Part shown: positions 50,506-62,529 of the stretch, piece after piece
Position numbering within the stretch: position 1 is the first letter of the stretch
How the letters are laid out: each line of letters starts with the position of its first letter
Source: Callorhinchus milii
Lineage: Eukaryota
DNA length: 64,000 nt
Reading direction: 5' to 3'
Assembly: GCF_018977255.1 (NCBI RefSeq)
Contig: NW_024704743.1
Coordinates: 9,922,001-9,986,000 of the forward strand
The notes under the pieces: generated by a model
Database searches by the model: none
What the model was told of the DNA's origin: nothing
The model's input: the letters and a program-made list of their open reading frames with translations, nothing else
Translations under genes and position numbers: made by a program

Positions 50506-51333
50506 GGGAGAGAGGGACAGAGAGAGAGGGGACAGAGACAGAGAGGGGACAGAGACAGAGAGAGGGAGAGGGGGGGGGGCAGACAGAGAGGGGGACAGAG
50601 AGAGACAAAGAGAGGGACAGAGAGAGAGACAGAGTGGGGACCCAGAGAGAGAGAGGGACAGAGAGGGAGGACAGAGACAGAGGGACAGAGAGGGGGGCAG
50701 AGAGACAGAGAGGGGGACAGAGAGAGACAGGGGGACAGAGAGAGGGACAGAGACAGAGAAGGGGGACAGAGAGAGGGATTTAGAGGGGGACAGAGACAGA
50801 GAGGGATCAGAGACAGAGAGGGGGACAGATAGAGGGATAGAGACAGAGAGGGACAGAGGCAGAGGGAAGGGCAGAGAGGGGGACAGAGACAGAGTGAGGA
50901 ACAGAGACAGAGTGAGGGACAGAGACAGAGAAGGACAGAGAGGGGGACAGAGAGAGGGACAGAGGCAGAGTGAGGGACAGAGAGGAGGACATAGACAGGG
51001 AGGGTGACTGAGACAGAGAGGAGGGCAGAGTGAGGGACAGAGACAGAGTGAGGGAAAGAGAGAGGGACAGAGATAGAGAGGGGGACAGAGACAGAGAAGG
51101 GGACAGAGATAGGGACAGAGACAGAGAGGGGGACAGAGAGGGACAGAGACAGAGAGGGGGACAGAGAGAGAGACAGAGAGGGGGACAGAGAGAGGGACAG
51201 AGACAGAGAGGGGGACAGAGACAGAAGGGGGGACAGAGAGAGGGACAGAGACAAAGAGGGGAACAGAGAGAGGGACAGAGACAGAGAGGGGGACAGAGAC
51301 AGAGAGGGGGACAGAGAGAGACGGAGAGAGGGA
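50506..51333. repeat. GA-rich minisatellite (GACAGAGA/GGGACAGAG units), about 830 bp
   Basis: Nearly pure purine plus strand with interspersed C. Source of the spurious RE-rich and SL-rich ORFs. Confidence 0.97.
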
Positions 51334-53745
51334 AACAATCCCATAATAGTTTATTGGGCAGGTTAGTTTTTGTTTGTTATGACATGGCAGAGGGTAGTGC
51401 TGATGTGCCACTGTGAGGCTGTAATTGTTGGATCATACAGATTGACGCTGAAGTTTGTGACCACAAGTAACTAAAAGTTTCTCCCCCCCTTGCAGTCGGT
51501 TTGCATTAGGTTTCCTCCTCAAGTGAAGAGGAGGAATGGAAGTGTGTGTGTGGGGGGGGGGAGGGTAGTGGAAAGCGGGAGAGTTTTGACAAATAACTTG
51601 TTCCACAGAACATTCATGCGTCGAATCTTGCAGTGAGTGAGAGTGAACATGTGCGCTTATATCGTCAGAAATCACCGTGTAGGCGGATAGTGTATGTAAC
51701 GCGTTAAAACTGTACACATCCCGATCCAAATAAAATCAGCTGTTGCCAGCCAACAGCTTTTAGATTTTCAGTCCGCTTTATATTCGTTTATTTTAGCACA
51801 ATTTTAAAAAAAATTAAAAATTGCATCTGACTGCTCTTATATTCCCATTTTAAGGTACAGAAAGTAAGGTACATTTTTTTTAAATTTGGGGATAAATTGT
51901 ACATAGGTGTATATATATATATATTTTTATACATTAACATATAAAGTCTACGTGATGTTATTGCGTATATGTTTTTATATATGTCTCTGAATGTGGAAGG
52001 ATATATATATATATTATTCATTCCAAAAAAATTGGTCACTTAATCCATAACTGTTTGTGGGACACTGCTGTCCGCAACTTGCTGTCGCATTTTGCTCACA
52101 AAATATACAATGAATTCAGTTTACTTCTATTTAATTTAATTGAATTTAATTCAATTCTATGAAGCGCTTTGAGGCGACTTGAAGACTTGATAAGGTGCTA
52201 TGTCAAATGCAAGGATTACTATTATTATATACATGTTATTATATTATATACATGTAAAGTCTATGCAATGTTATTGTGTATATGTTTTTATATGTGTCAC
52301 CGAATGTGGGAGATAATTCAGTAGTGTCATAGTGAGTAGTTTTTTGAGATCTGTGTATCTCTTTATCCCTTATTAACTGATAGAATGCCACACCTGAAAC
52401 CGGCAATATTAAAAAAAGTCTGAAAATTCCTCAGGTTAGTGGTCACAATGTACATCTTTCTTACACTTGTTTTTTTGTTTGATATAAACAATCACCCAGA
52501 GTGTGGGCTATATATATTTTGCGTTTTTCAGCATCTATGAAGCTGCTGAGCTTTGAAGTGAAATATTCCAACCTAGAACCACAAGGAACTGGTTATATTA
52601 TTGGCTCTTATAGTCATGCCAGTAAAAATATAGTCTTAAGGTTGGATCCCTGCAAATTGTCACTGTACCTATATGTTCAGTAATTCCCAAATACCTTTCC
52701 TTTGGTTGCACACCAAACACCTTTCACTGTGATTTTGCTCCCTCCTCCCTCCCCACCATACACACACACACTTTAATTGCCCAGAGACTGGGAAGTTGCA
52801 AGACCTAATTTTCTCTTTAATATTAATTTCCCACAAAATCCATATTTGCAAAGCAGCCATGGCAAACCGCATAATTTTCTGAATTCTACAAAATGCACTT
52901 GTGATCCTTTTTGCATGATTGATAAGAACCTTGCTGCACAAAGATATTGCTGCAGAGTGAGTAACATTAGCAGCTACACAGAAATAGTGCAGGGATTACA
53001 GAGTACTTGAGTAACTGAAAATGGAAAGGCCTCAGTTTTTACATATCGCCCATGTAAGATCGATCCTTGAAATGAAGGTTGTAAGACAAACTCCCATCCA
53101 TGCGTCCTGCTTGCTTTTAATTCAGATCAGTGAAACAGCCAACATTTAGAGTCCATGCTATTTTTGATGAAGAAATATGTGGCTGCAACACAGTTGGATA
53201 ACAGGGTTTGAACAGATGTTCAGCCACTGTACCATGACCAAATATAAAGCCAGTGGAGGAAATGGGAATCTATTAAAAGAACACCTTTAAAATATAAAAA
53301 TATTAAAATATGTTTACACGACAGATAGCTGAGTCTTACCAACCATTGATTCCTGTAGATATTCTGCCACCAGTATGTTTCGGGCTAATTACTGCAAACC
53401 AGCGGTTCCATTTCTTGTGCAAAAAATCTAGGTTAATAAAACAAAACTCCATCAAAGGTCTTATTGTGCATTTATGTGTAGTTATCCTGCACCAATTATT
53501 TTTGTCCAATTTCTTCATTGAAGAATGAAGAATGCACAGCTGTGGATTAAATGACATTGATTCAATTTCAAGTAAGTAGCTTCAGAATTCAGATAGATTG
53601 GGATAACTCCAGTGTAAGTCCAGGGTGATTACAGCTTATGCAAAATCTTGGGTGTGAACTATCCTTAAGGTTCTTAATATTATTGGTGAGCTTTATAAAA
53701 TAATCATTTTTTGTGCATGGGTTGAGATGAGTATGCAAAGAAGCC

Positions 53746-53846
53746 AGTTCTGATGAAGAGTCATGGACCTGAAACGTTGACTCACTTTCCTTTCTCCATA
53801 GATGCTGCCTGACCTGCTGAGTTTTCCCAGCTCTCTCTGTTTTTGA
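53746..53846 (+). mobile_element. Penelope-like terminal repeat remnant with hammerhead ribozyme core
   Basis: CTGATGA-AGAGTCATGGACCT-GAAACGTT followed by TCTCCATAGATGCTGCCTGACCTGCTGAGTTTTCCCAGC, a block I recognise as a common chondrichthyan Penelope-type repeat. Confidence 0.7.
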
Positions 53847-56800
53847 TGCAAAGAAGCCTCCAGGGTAAAAGGCCTGGTTAAGAGTGATTGGAGCAACAAG
53901 ACTTGCACGTAATAATAATAATAATAATCCTTGCATTTGATTCAGCGTCTTATCGAGTCTTCAAGATGTCTCAAAGCACTTCACAGAATAAACTGTAAAA
54001 TGATTTGACTATATTTTGTGGGCAAAATACACAAACTCCAAAGAAACATGGACTACTTTATACAGTTTGAACTTCTTGTGGTGTCTTACAATGGCAATGG
54101 GGAATCGATAACTGACAGGGAGGAAAAGAGCTGAGCAAAGGCACAGTCAAAGAGATTTTTTTTAATGTGGGTTTTAAAGGCAGTGAGGGAAGGCACATGG
54201 TGAAGGCATTTTTGGAATGCATTCCAGAGAGAGAGGGCCATAGTGGCTGAAAGCTCTGCCACCAATTGTGGGACAGTAGGATTGAGGACTGAGCAGTAGA
54301 CCAGAGTTGAAATAATGGCTTTCACCTACAAAATATACAGTCAATTCACTTTATGATAAATTCTGTGAAGCGCTTTGAGACGTTTCAATGACGTGATAAG
54401 GAGCTATATCAATGCAAGGATTATTATTTTTACTGTTATTAGCATAGAGCACAGTCAGTAGAATATAACTGAAAGAGAATGCATAGGTAAGTAGGATAAG
54501 ATCATGAAGGGATTTGAACATGGAATAAACTTCTGAATTCCTCAAATCAGTGCTTGTGGTATAATTGAGGCATGATTTAACTTGAGGTAAGACATGCGAC
54601 TTACCTCTTTATGGTTACCTTACATTTTTTCACCATACGTGTGAAATGTTATGATATTTTTAGGTACTTTTTGAATCAAAATTTAAAAGGTGTTTGCTTC
54701 AGATTCTGTGTACTGCTCCAGATCGACATCCCAACCCACACATCCGTTTATTGATTTTAAATTATCTTAATTTTAGTTTCATCAGTATGAGCACTTTGTA
54801 CAAAAAAAAGTCAGAATCAACCATTACCTAGTTAGGTTCAGTACATGTATATTCAACCTGAGGTTACCTCTACCTTAATTTATGCTTCCTTACATCAGTA
54901 TCAGAAAAGGTCCTATAACAACAACAACAACAAATAACAAGCTTCAAACGCGTAACATATCAGAGTGCTTAACAGTGACGTAGCTTGACGTAGCAGGAAT
55001 AGAGGGAGATGGTGACTATAGGCACAGTTGAAGAAGTTCTTCAGATGCAATCTGAAGACAGGCAAGGAGGGGACAAGCCAGAGGGATTAAGGCAGAGATT
55101 TCCAGAGTGTCAGATCATAAGTGCTGAAGCATGGCTGCAGTTGGTGGAGTGGAAGAAACAAGGTACATCCCAGTATAGAAGGTCCAGAACCCCTGTAGTT
55201 TAACAGAACAATTCAGTGTTTTTGATAGTAACAATCTGTGTTGCTCCTAGTTGACACGCTCAACAATAGAATGTTGGAATTGAGTCCACCCTGTGGCGGT
55301 CTCGGTAATCTGGTTCCTGAGCCAAACAGGCCCGGAGTACTCGAGGGCACTGCTGATGACAAACCACTTAGCCTGGTCCATCGGTAGCAGTTAGAGGGGT
55401 AGACTGGTCACTTGGGGTAGGGATTTAACTCATTCATGTCCTACTCAGGTCCAGCAGGAAAGCTTACCAGACAGTGATTCCAATGAAAACTAAATGATTT
55501 CAGCTGATTAGACTCCAGCAGTACCCCCAATGCACACTCTGGGTTCCCAAGTTTAGGCTCTTGCCAATCTGCACCTAATAATCTCTGGAATTAGGTAAGA
55601 AGGTTGCATCTGTGCGTGAGAGATTACATATTCCATTCCAGACAATGGAATTTCCATGTATGAGTGGAACTCTTAAGAATGGCTTGGATACTCTTAAGAA
55701 TGGTGTGATGGTTATTAGACTACAACAACAAATTACATTTATGTAGCACCTTTCACATCAGGCGTCCCAAAGTGCTGGACAGTCAGGGATCTGTCAGGGA
55801 CTACTGTCTAATAGGTGACATTGGTCAAACCCGAATCAAACTCAGGCTGAGAAAACTCACCTATTAGACAGCAGTGGGCTTGGCTCACATCACACACATT
55901 TGTAATAGTGAAATAAAATAACCACTGGCTGTGCTTCAAACACAGAAGCTTGCTTGTATGTTCTTCTCCTTGGCATGGCTGTAGAAAATGGGTGGCGTAA
56001 AAGCCTGGGCATCCATTATCATCTAACGTGGGTTATATGTGTGGCTTGCAAGCAGTGTGTTAAGGCTAACACAGGATTTTTTTTTAACTATGTTCAAAGA
56101 AGCAATGTACAAGGTTGATTCTGTTGAAACAAACTGAATTGCAACCAATTCAGAAGCATCAGGCATGTCAATGGTTGGCATGTTTCCCACCGACCCCCCC
56201 ATCACTCACACACCACCAACTCTTTTCTGTTGGTTAAAGCACACTGGAACATAATTGAGAGATGGAAACTTCACACATATCCCCAGCATCCCCAGGATAT
56301 ATTTACCTTTACTAAACAGAGGAACTCCCATCAGTCTAGACTAAACTTTGGATCCCGGAATACTACTTACCTACTGTGCTACCCATACCCTTCAAGCTGT
56401 ATCTCCAATGTTGCTTTGAAATGCCAACAAAGGAGAGTTCGGCAATAATAGGATTTGTTATAATGAAATACTACTGTATTTACCTGCCTCTGGTCTCTCT
56501 CACAAAGTATATTTGTCCATTTAAATGTTCCCTCCCCTTTAATTAGGGGGATGTGAATAGGAAGTTTTCTATATTGCAACATCATACAGAAAAGCCTGAT
56601 GAATGCACAGGTACTGAACTCAATTCAAGTCCAATCCTGTGAAATAAATTTGATGAGGAAGAAAAACCGTGCACAGAACATTAGAAAGTCTCTGAATGTA
56701 TTGTAATGCAATGCCACATGGCTTCTTCTCCCCCTTCCCTCCAACTCCTTATGATAGACAGACCAAACCTTGTTGAAGTTAAGCAGTGATAAGAATGATA

Positions 56801-58074
56801 GTAATTTGCTGCATTCCATGTATCCTTCACAAGAGCATGTTTCTGTAATGCAGTGCTACGATTATTACTCGGTGATTTTTCAGACCCGATGGTCTTTAAA
56901 ATATTAATTTTGCAAAGAAGGATGTGCATTACAGAAAATACAATTTGTCAGAATATTCCGAGAGAGAACTGCAAATGCGATGGAATTACCAGAATAATTC
57001 ATGGATAATATTTGCTTAGAATGTCTTTTGGCTGAAGTATAATCTAATCATTGTTAAGGGTCTGTCTCAAATGGTCTGATTCCTACGAAAAAAAGATGCA
57101 TTGTGTTAGAAATAAATCCTGACCACCTCTACCTCCATCCCAATTAAAAGGTCTGTACTGTTTTTAATTCCAGTGCTAACAGCACAAGATGAGCATATTT
57201 ACTCTGTCAAGCTGATGAACATGTGTTTGTTTCAGATTTTCCATTTACTACAGGTTTTAAAATTTTCCGAAGTGTTATTTTTGGGAATCTGATGGAGTAG
57301 CGAGGAAACCGTTTTATGATCTGCTTTAAAATAGGTTAAAGGCATGTATAAATGTTAAATGAAAGAGCGATTGCATTCGTCAATGACCAGAACAAAAACA
57401 GTTTATATTTGGAGTAGAAATAAAAACTTTAGCATTACTCGTGACCAAGGATTCCTTGACGTTAGAAGATGGGGCAAACAAACAGGGCAAAAAAGCAGCA
57501 TGTGCAGAGGACGGCAAATATTCCAATAACAGCAGAATGTTTCTTCAACTATTTACAAATATCAATTAATTTAACATTAACTGGTTAGTAAACAGGAGTC
57601 GGATAAGGCCGTAACACATAGTTAAGCATTTAATTTTAACAGCACCATTGAACCATTGTTAACGCACAGTTAAGCGCTTCTTGTTCAATGACGCTATTAA
57701 ATGTTTTGGTTATATTTAAGATTAGTCATAGGGACTGTCACAAGCTATAATTTACACATAGATTGTGATGGTTTAGATTTTAAAGTGTTTAAAGAGAGAA
57801 AATAATACCACTCATTACTTCAAATTTTTAAAACCATTTTTGTAAATAAATGAACATTTCAAGATAGTAATTTTTTTCAGAAGCTACTGATTGTGGAAAC
57901 ATGTTGTTACATATGTTTCAAGCAGAACAAATATTATTTTATGAATCAATAGGAGCAAAGGACAATTACAGGACTGTATGAATATTATGCAAGTTCACTA
58001 GTTCACATTGATGTAAAATGCATCATCTGCTCTATAGAGAGGATGCTGCTAATTTATAGTTTGATAAATAGTTT

Positions 58075-59395
58075 GTCACCAATGACATCTTGACCATCTG
58101 CGACCAAGACTCCCTCTGCCTCCTCGACCTATCGGCAGCATTCGATACGGTCGACCATGCTATCCGCCTCCACCGTTTGTCCTCCCACCTCAACCTTCAA
58201 GGCCCTGTCCTCGAGTGGTTTAGGTCGTACCTCTCCCACCATCTTCACTTTCTTTCCACGAACGGCTTTTCCTCCACCCCCCGCACTGTCTGGTGCGGTG
58301 TCCCTCAGAGCTCTGTCCTCGGTCCCCTCCTCTGCACCCTCTATATGCTCCCCCTCGGTGACATCATCCGCAGACATGGGGTTAACTTCCACATGTATGC
58401 GGATGACACCCAACTCTACCTTTCCTCCTCTACCCTCAACTCCACGACCACCGATGTCCTGACAGCTGCCTGTCTGACATCGAGTCCTGGACGAGAGACA
58501 ACTTTCTTCAGCTCAACGTACGTAAAACTGAGGCCCTCCTGATTGGCTCACATCAGCGCCTCCGCACCTCAGGCGCTGACAGCATCAGCATCCAAGGTTG
58601 CACTCTCCAACTCTCAAAGCCAGTCAGGAACCTCGGCGTTCTGTTCGACCCTGAGCTGTCCTTTCTTCCTCACATCCGCGCCACAACTGGCACCGCCTTC
58701 TGCCACCTCCGGAACATCGCCAGACTACGACACTACCTCACCCCTCACATTGCTGAAGCTCTGGTCCACGCCTTTATCACCTCAAGGCAGGACTATGGGA
58801 ACTCTCTCCTCGCCGGCCTTCCCGGCACCTCCCTCCACAAGCTGCAGGTCATTCAGAACTCTGCAGCTCGTGTACTGTCCCGCACCAGGCTTCGCGACCA
58901 CATCACTCCCACCCTCGCTCGCCTCCACTGGCTCCCCATCCCCCAGAGGATCAAATTCAATATCCTCATCCTCACCTACAAGGCCATTCACGGCCTTGCT
59001 CTCTCCTACCTCTCCGACCTACTATCCCCCTACCTACCTGCCTGTACCCTCCATTCCTCTGGCTCCGGTCTGCTCCACATCCCCCGCCCCAACCGCCCTA
59101 CCATCGGTGGCCGGGCTTTCAGCCTCTCAGCCCCTAAGCTCTTGAACTCCATCCCCCAATCCCTTCTCCTTGCTTCCTCCCTTTCCTCCTTCAAGGCCGG
59201 TCTCAAGACCTTTCTCTTTGACCGTGCCTTCAACTCCCCTCTCGACTCTCTACCCCCTCCTCGCTCCCTCCCTTCCCTCACCTCATGCTGACCATTTCCC
59301 CCCTGCTCGGGTCCTGACCCAACTGTCTAGTGTCTTGGGACGTCCTTCCGACGTGAAAAGCGCTCTATAAATGGAATCTTGTTGTTGTTGTTGTT
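58075..59395 (+). mobile_element. L2-clade LINE, 5'-truncated and frameshifted
   Basis: LLDLSAAFDTVDH, GVPQSSVLGP, HMYADDTQLY. Collinear with the 38930 copy. Ends GGGACGTCCTTCCGACGTGAAAAGCGC..(TTG)n. Confidence 0.92.
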
Positions 59396-60454
59396 GATGG
59401 TTGGGTATCAAACTGTGACTCTTTCATTAAAAAAAATCAAGCAACCACCGATGGTACAGCACAATTTGGAAATGTTACCTATCCAAAGAGTGACCAAGGA
59501 AAGAAATTAAAGAATATATAATAATAATAGTAATAATCAGGAGGGACATGAACAGGCAACGGGACCTTGATTGAATACCTCATCTGAAGGCCAGGACCTC
59601 TGACAATCTAGCACTCACCAAAGTGTCAGCTGTTGAAGAAAATAAGGCCCAATTAACTAGGACCAGTGAAAGTGGATTAGGAGTTGGAAAAGCAGGGAGA
59701 ACTGAGTAGAGGGTTTTTGGTTGGATTGTTTTATTTGTAACTTGTGAGCTGAAAATAAGAGTTTTCTACACATTGATTGCTGAGAACATAACATCAGCCT
59801 AACTATAAGCTCCAAGTCCTGATGTGGGGTTTGAACCCAAAACCTTCTGACTCAGGTGAGAATGCTAACACCTGAGTCAAGTTGACATCTATGCACCATG
59901 ATTATAAAGCAACCTCCCCTGTGTTTTTTTTTACTGTTGCCCCTTCTGAAAGTAACTATTCTGAAAGTAGTTGATGCATTCACGCGCAAGCAGAGCTTCC
60001 AAGAGATACATATGTAGGATTTGTTCTTTACAAATCCTTTCATGAATCTCACAATTTGCACCCCTGTGAATATAAGTGGGATATTCAATTATTGGGGCTA
60101 GCACAGTTGAGCATAATCTTGTCCTTAAGTGACACAGGAATATCAGGACTTTGACTATTATTCGCATTGTCCACGCTCATGCTCTAATACGGAGCTAGGG
60201 GTGCACTGCACTGCTGGGGAGCCATCCTTCAGATGAGATGTTAAACTGAGATACTGTCTGCTGATCAGGTGGTTATTAAAGATCCCATGGCACTATTCAA
60301 AGAGAGGGGAGTTTCTCCCGGTATCCTGGCCAACAACCTCCCAGATAAAATTGGTCCTTCACTTCATGGCTATTTGTGGGACATTTTTGTGCACAAAGGA
60401 GTTTGCCACATTTGACTACAAAATATATTTTACGTAGATTCTGTGCATGCTCTT

Positions 60455-61180
60455 TGGTTGGGTGGAAAGATTGAATCTCTCTGATAGAGGTGAGACAAAG
60501 AAGGGAGCAATTACTCTGTTAGGTATTTATAGGCCACCAAACAGTGGAAATGAGATGGAGAAGAGATCTGTAGAGAAATACAGGAAAGGTGTAAAAATAA
60601 CTGGGGACTTAAATTATCTTAAAATGAATGGGACATAGGTAATGTGAGGGGTCAAAAGGGAAGCTTTTTTTGTGCAGAATTATTTCCTTTATCAGTATGT
60701 TTCCAGTCTAACTAGAGGAGGCAATGAAGTGGAGCAAGTGAGTAATGTGAGAGCGGGAAAGCATCTAGGAAATAGCAATCACACGTTTCGTGGTTTAATG
60801 TAAAAATTGAAAAGGAGGGGTAATAGTCAAAGACTAAGGGACCCAACTAAAAAAAGGGTAAATTTCAAAGAGATGAAAAAAGAACTATTACAGGTAGTAT
60901 TTATCTTTATATTCCCTGCCAATCTTTCCTCATATCCCCTCTTGGCCTGTCAATACCTTTTTGGCTTCCCTTCTATAGTTTATATACACTGCCTGATTTT
61001 CTTTGTATTATTTTCTTTATATTTATTGTATGCCTCTCGTTTAAGCCTTATTTTTATTTTAACTTCTCTACTCATCCAAGGAACTCTAGCTTTAGCAGTA
61101 TTTATTAATTGTAGGTATAGGCCTATTTAGTACCCTGTTTATTTTGGCTTTGAAATTTTCCCACTGCTCATCTACTGTCT
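60455..61180. mobile_element. CR1 endonuclease-region fragments (plus-strand piece, then an inverted piece)
   Basis: LLGIYRPPNS and GDLNY motifs typical of the CR1 APE domain. The following pyrimidine-rich block reads as antisense ORF2. Confidence 0.6.
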
Positions 61181-61617
61181 TATCTGCCAGGCTTACACGA
61201 TTTACATAGACAGCACAGCACAGAAACAGGCCATTCAGCCAAATCAGCCGATGTCAGTGTATGTATGAAACTCCACATGAGACTCCACTGAATGTTTACT
61301 CCCTCACTCTGTTCCCTTTCCCTCATGTGAAGGCCCAGCTTCCTCTTATTATCTGATACAATCACCATTTCAGACAGTGAGTCCCACAGTCTCACTACTC
61401 TCTGTGTGAAGTAGTTTCTCACAAATTGTCTTTTATTAAACTTAGATCCTCACATTAAATCCCGTGAAGCGTTTTAGATGTCTCAACGACATTGAAAAGG
61501 GACTGTATGAATTCCAAGGATTATTATTTTTATTAAGAATGTTTGTCTTCAAATTTAAGATTGCCCAGGACACATTTGCCTGCAAAATACGGAGTCATTA
61601 CAGAGGACATACTGCAA

Positions 61618-61944
61618 GTGGAGTCCTGTGGCTCAGTGGTTAGAGCACTCGCTTTGCAAGCGAGAGACCTGAGTTCAATTCCAGGCAGGGCGAAACCTTG
61701 GGCAAGTTTCCTTACTCCACACGCCTAATAATAATCCCTCCAAAACTAAAACCAATAATAAATTGGTCATTTTCAATCTACGACTGTTTGTGGGACATTG
61801 CTGTGCGCAATTGGCTGCCACGTTTGCCCACAAATATACAGTCAATTCACTTTACAGTGTATTCTGTGAAGCGCTTTGGGACGTCCTCCCGACGTGAAAA
61901 GCGCTATATCAAATGCAAGGATTATTATTATTATTATTATTATT
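61618..61944 (+). mobile_element. Young full-length tRNA-Ala-derived SINE with L2 tail
   Basis: A-box TGGCTCAGTGG, anticodon arm CTCGC-TTTGCAA-GCGAG, B-box GAGTTCAATTCC, CCTTGGGCAAGT segment, conserved body, stem-loop tail and (ATT)n. Near-identical to three other copies in the window. Confidence 0.9.
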
Positions 61945-62159
61945 AAGTGCTCTTATCAACATTGTCGAGAGGTCATATCCAAGAGCGGATATGAGGAAAC
62001 ACTGCCAGAAAACATAAAAAAAAATACTTAAAGGAAAGGTAGGGCCAATTATAAACAAAAAAGAAAATTCTTGTCATAGAAAATGAAGATACTTCATGAG
62101 TATTTAGCCTTAGTTTACACAAGAGTATTCGTGAGACATCGAGTGTGCAGGGTGAAATG

Positions 62160-62447
62160 TTGAGCAAGTTTCCTTATTCCACACACCTCTGTTTACCTAG
62201 CAGTATGTAGGAACCCGGTTATTAGTCGATTGCTGGATCACTTTTCCAGGGATAATAAATCCTTAAAAAAAACACACAAAACACTTCAATCGACAACTGT
62301 TTGTGGGACACTGCTGTGCGCAATTCGTTGCTGAGTTTCGCTAAAAAAAAATACAGTCAATTCACTTTACAGTATATTCTGTGAAGCGCTTTGAGACATC
62401 TGGAAGACGCGATAAGGTCTACATCAAACACAAGAATTATTATTATT
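62160..62447 (+). mobile_element. Older long-form SINE of the same family (extra CORE-like segment, no head)
   Basis: GCAAGTTTCCTTATTCCACACACC followed by about 65 nt absent from the young copies. The same segment is present in the copy at 3534-3786. Confidence 0.8.
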
Positions 62448-62529
62448 ACAAGAGGAGGATGTGCAGTAATTAGGAGAAATAACTATAGAAAAGGAGGTGA
62501 TGGCATGCATTTGAGAATGATGAGTGGAG

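Noticed and set aside
50355..51416. Long RE/RQ-rich and SL/VP-rich ORFs
   Set aside because: Translations of the GA minisatellite.
61622..61692. tRNA-Ala(TGC)-like cloverleaf (also at 30933, 16230 and 37372)
   Set aside because: SINE head: bulged T-stem, and always continues into the SINE body. Not a tRNA gene.
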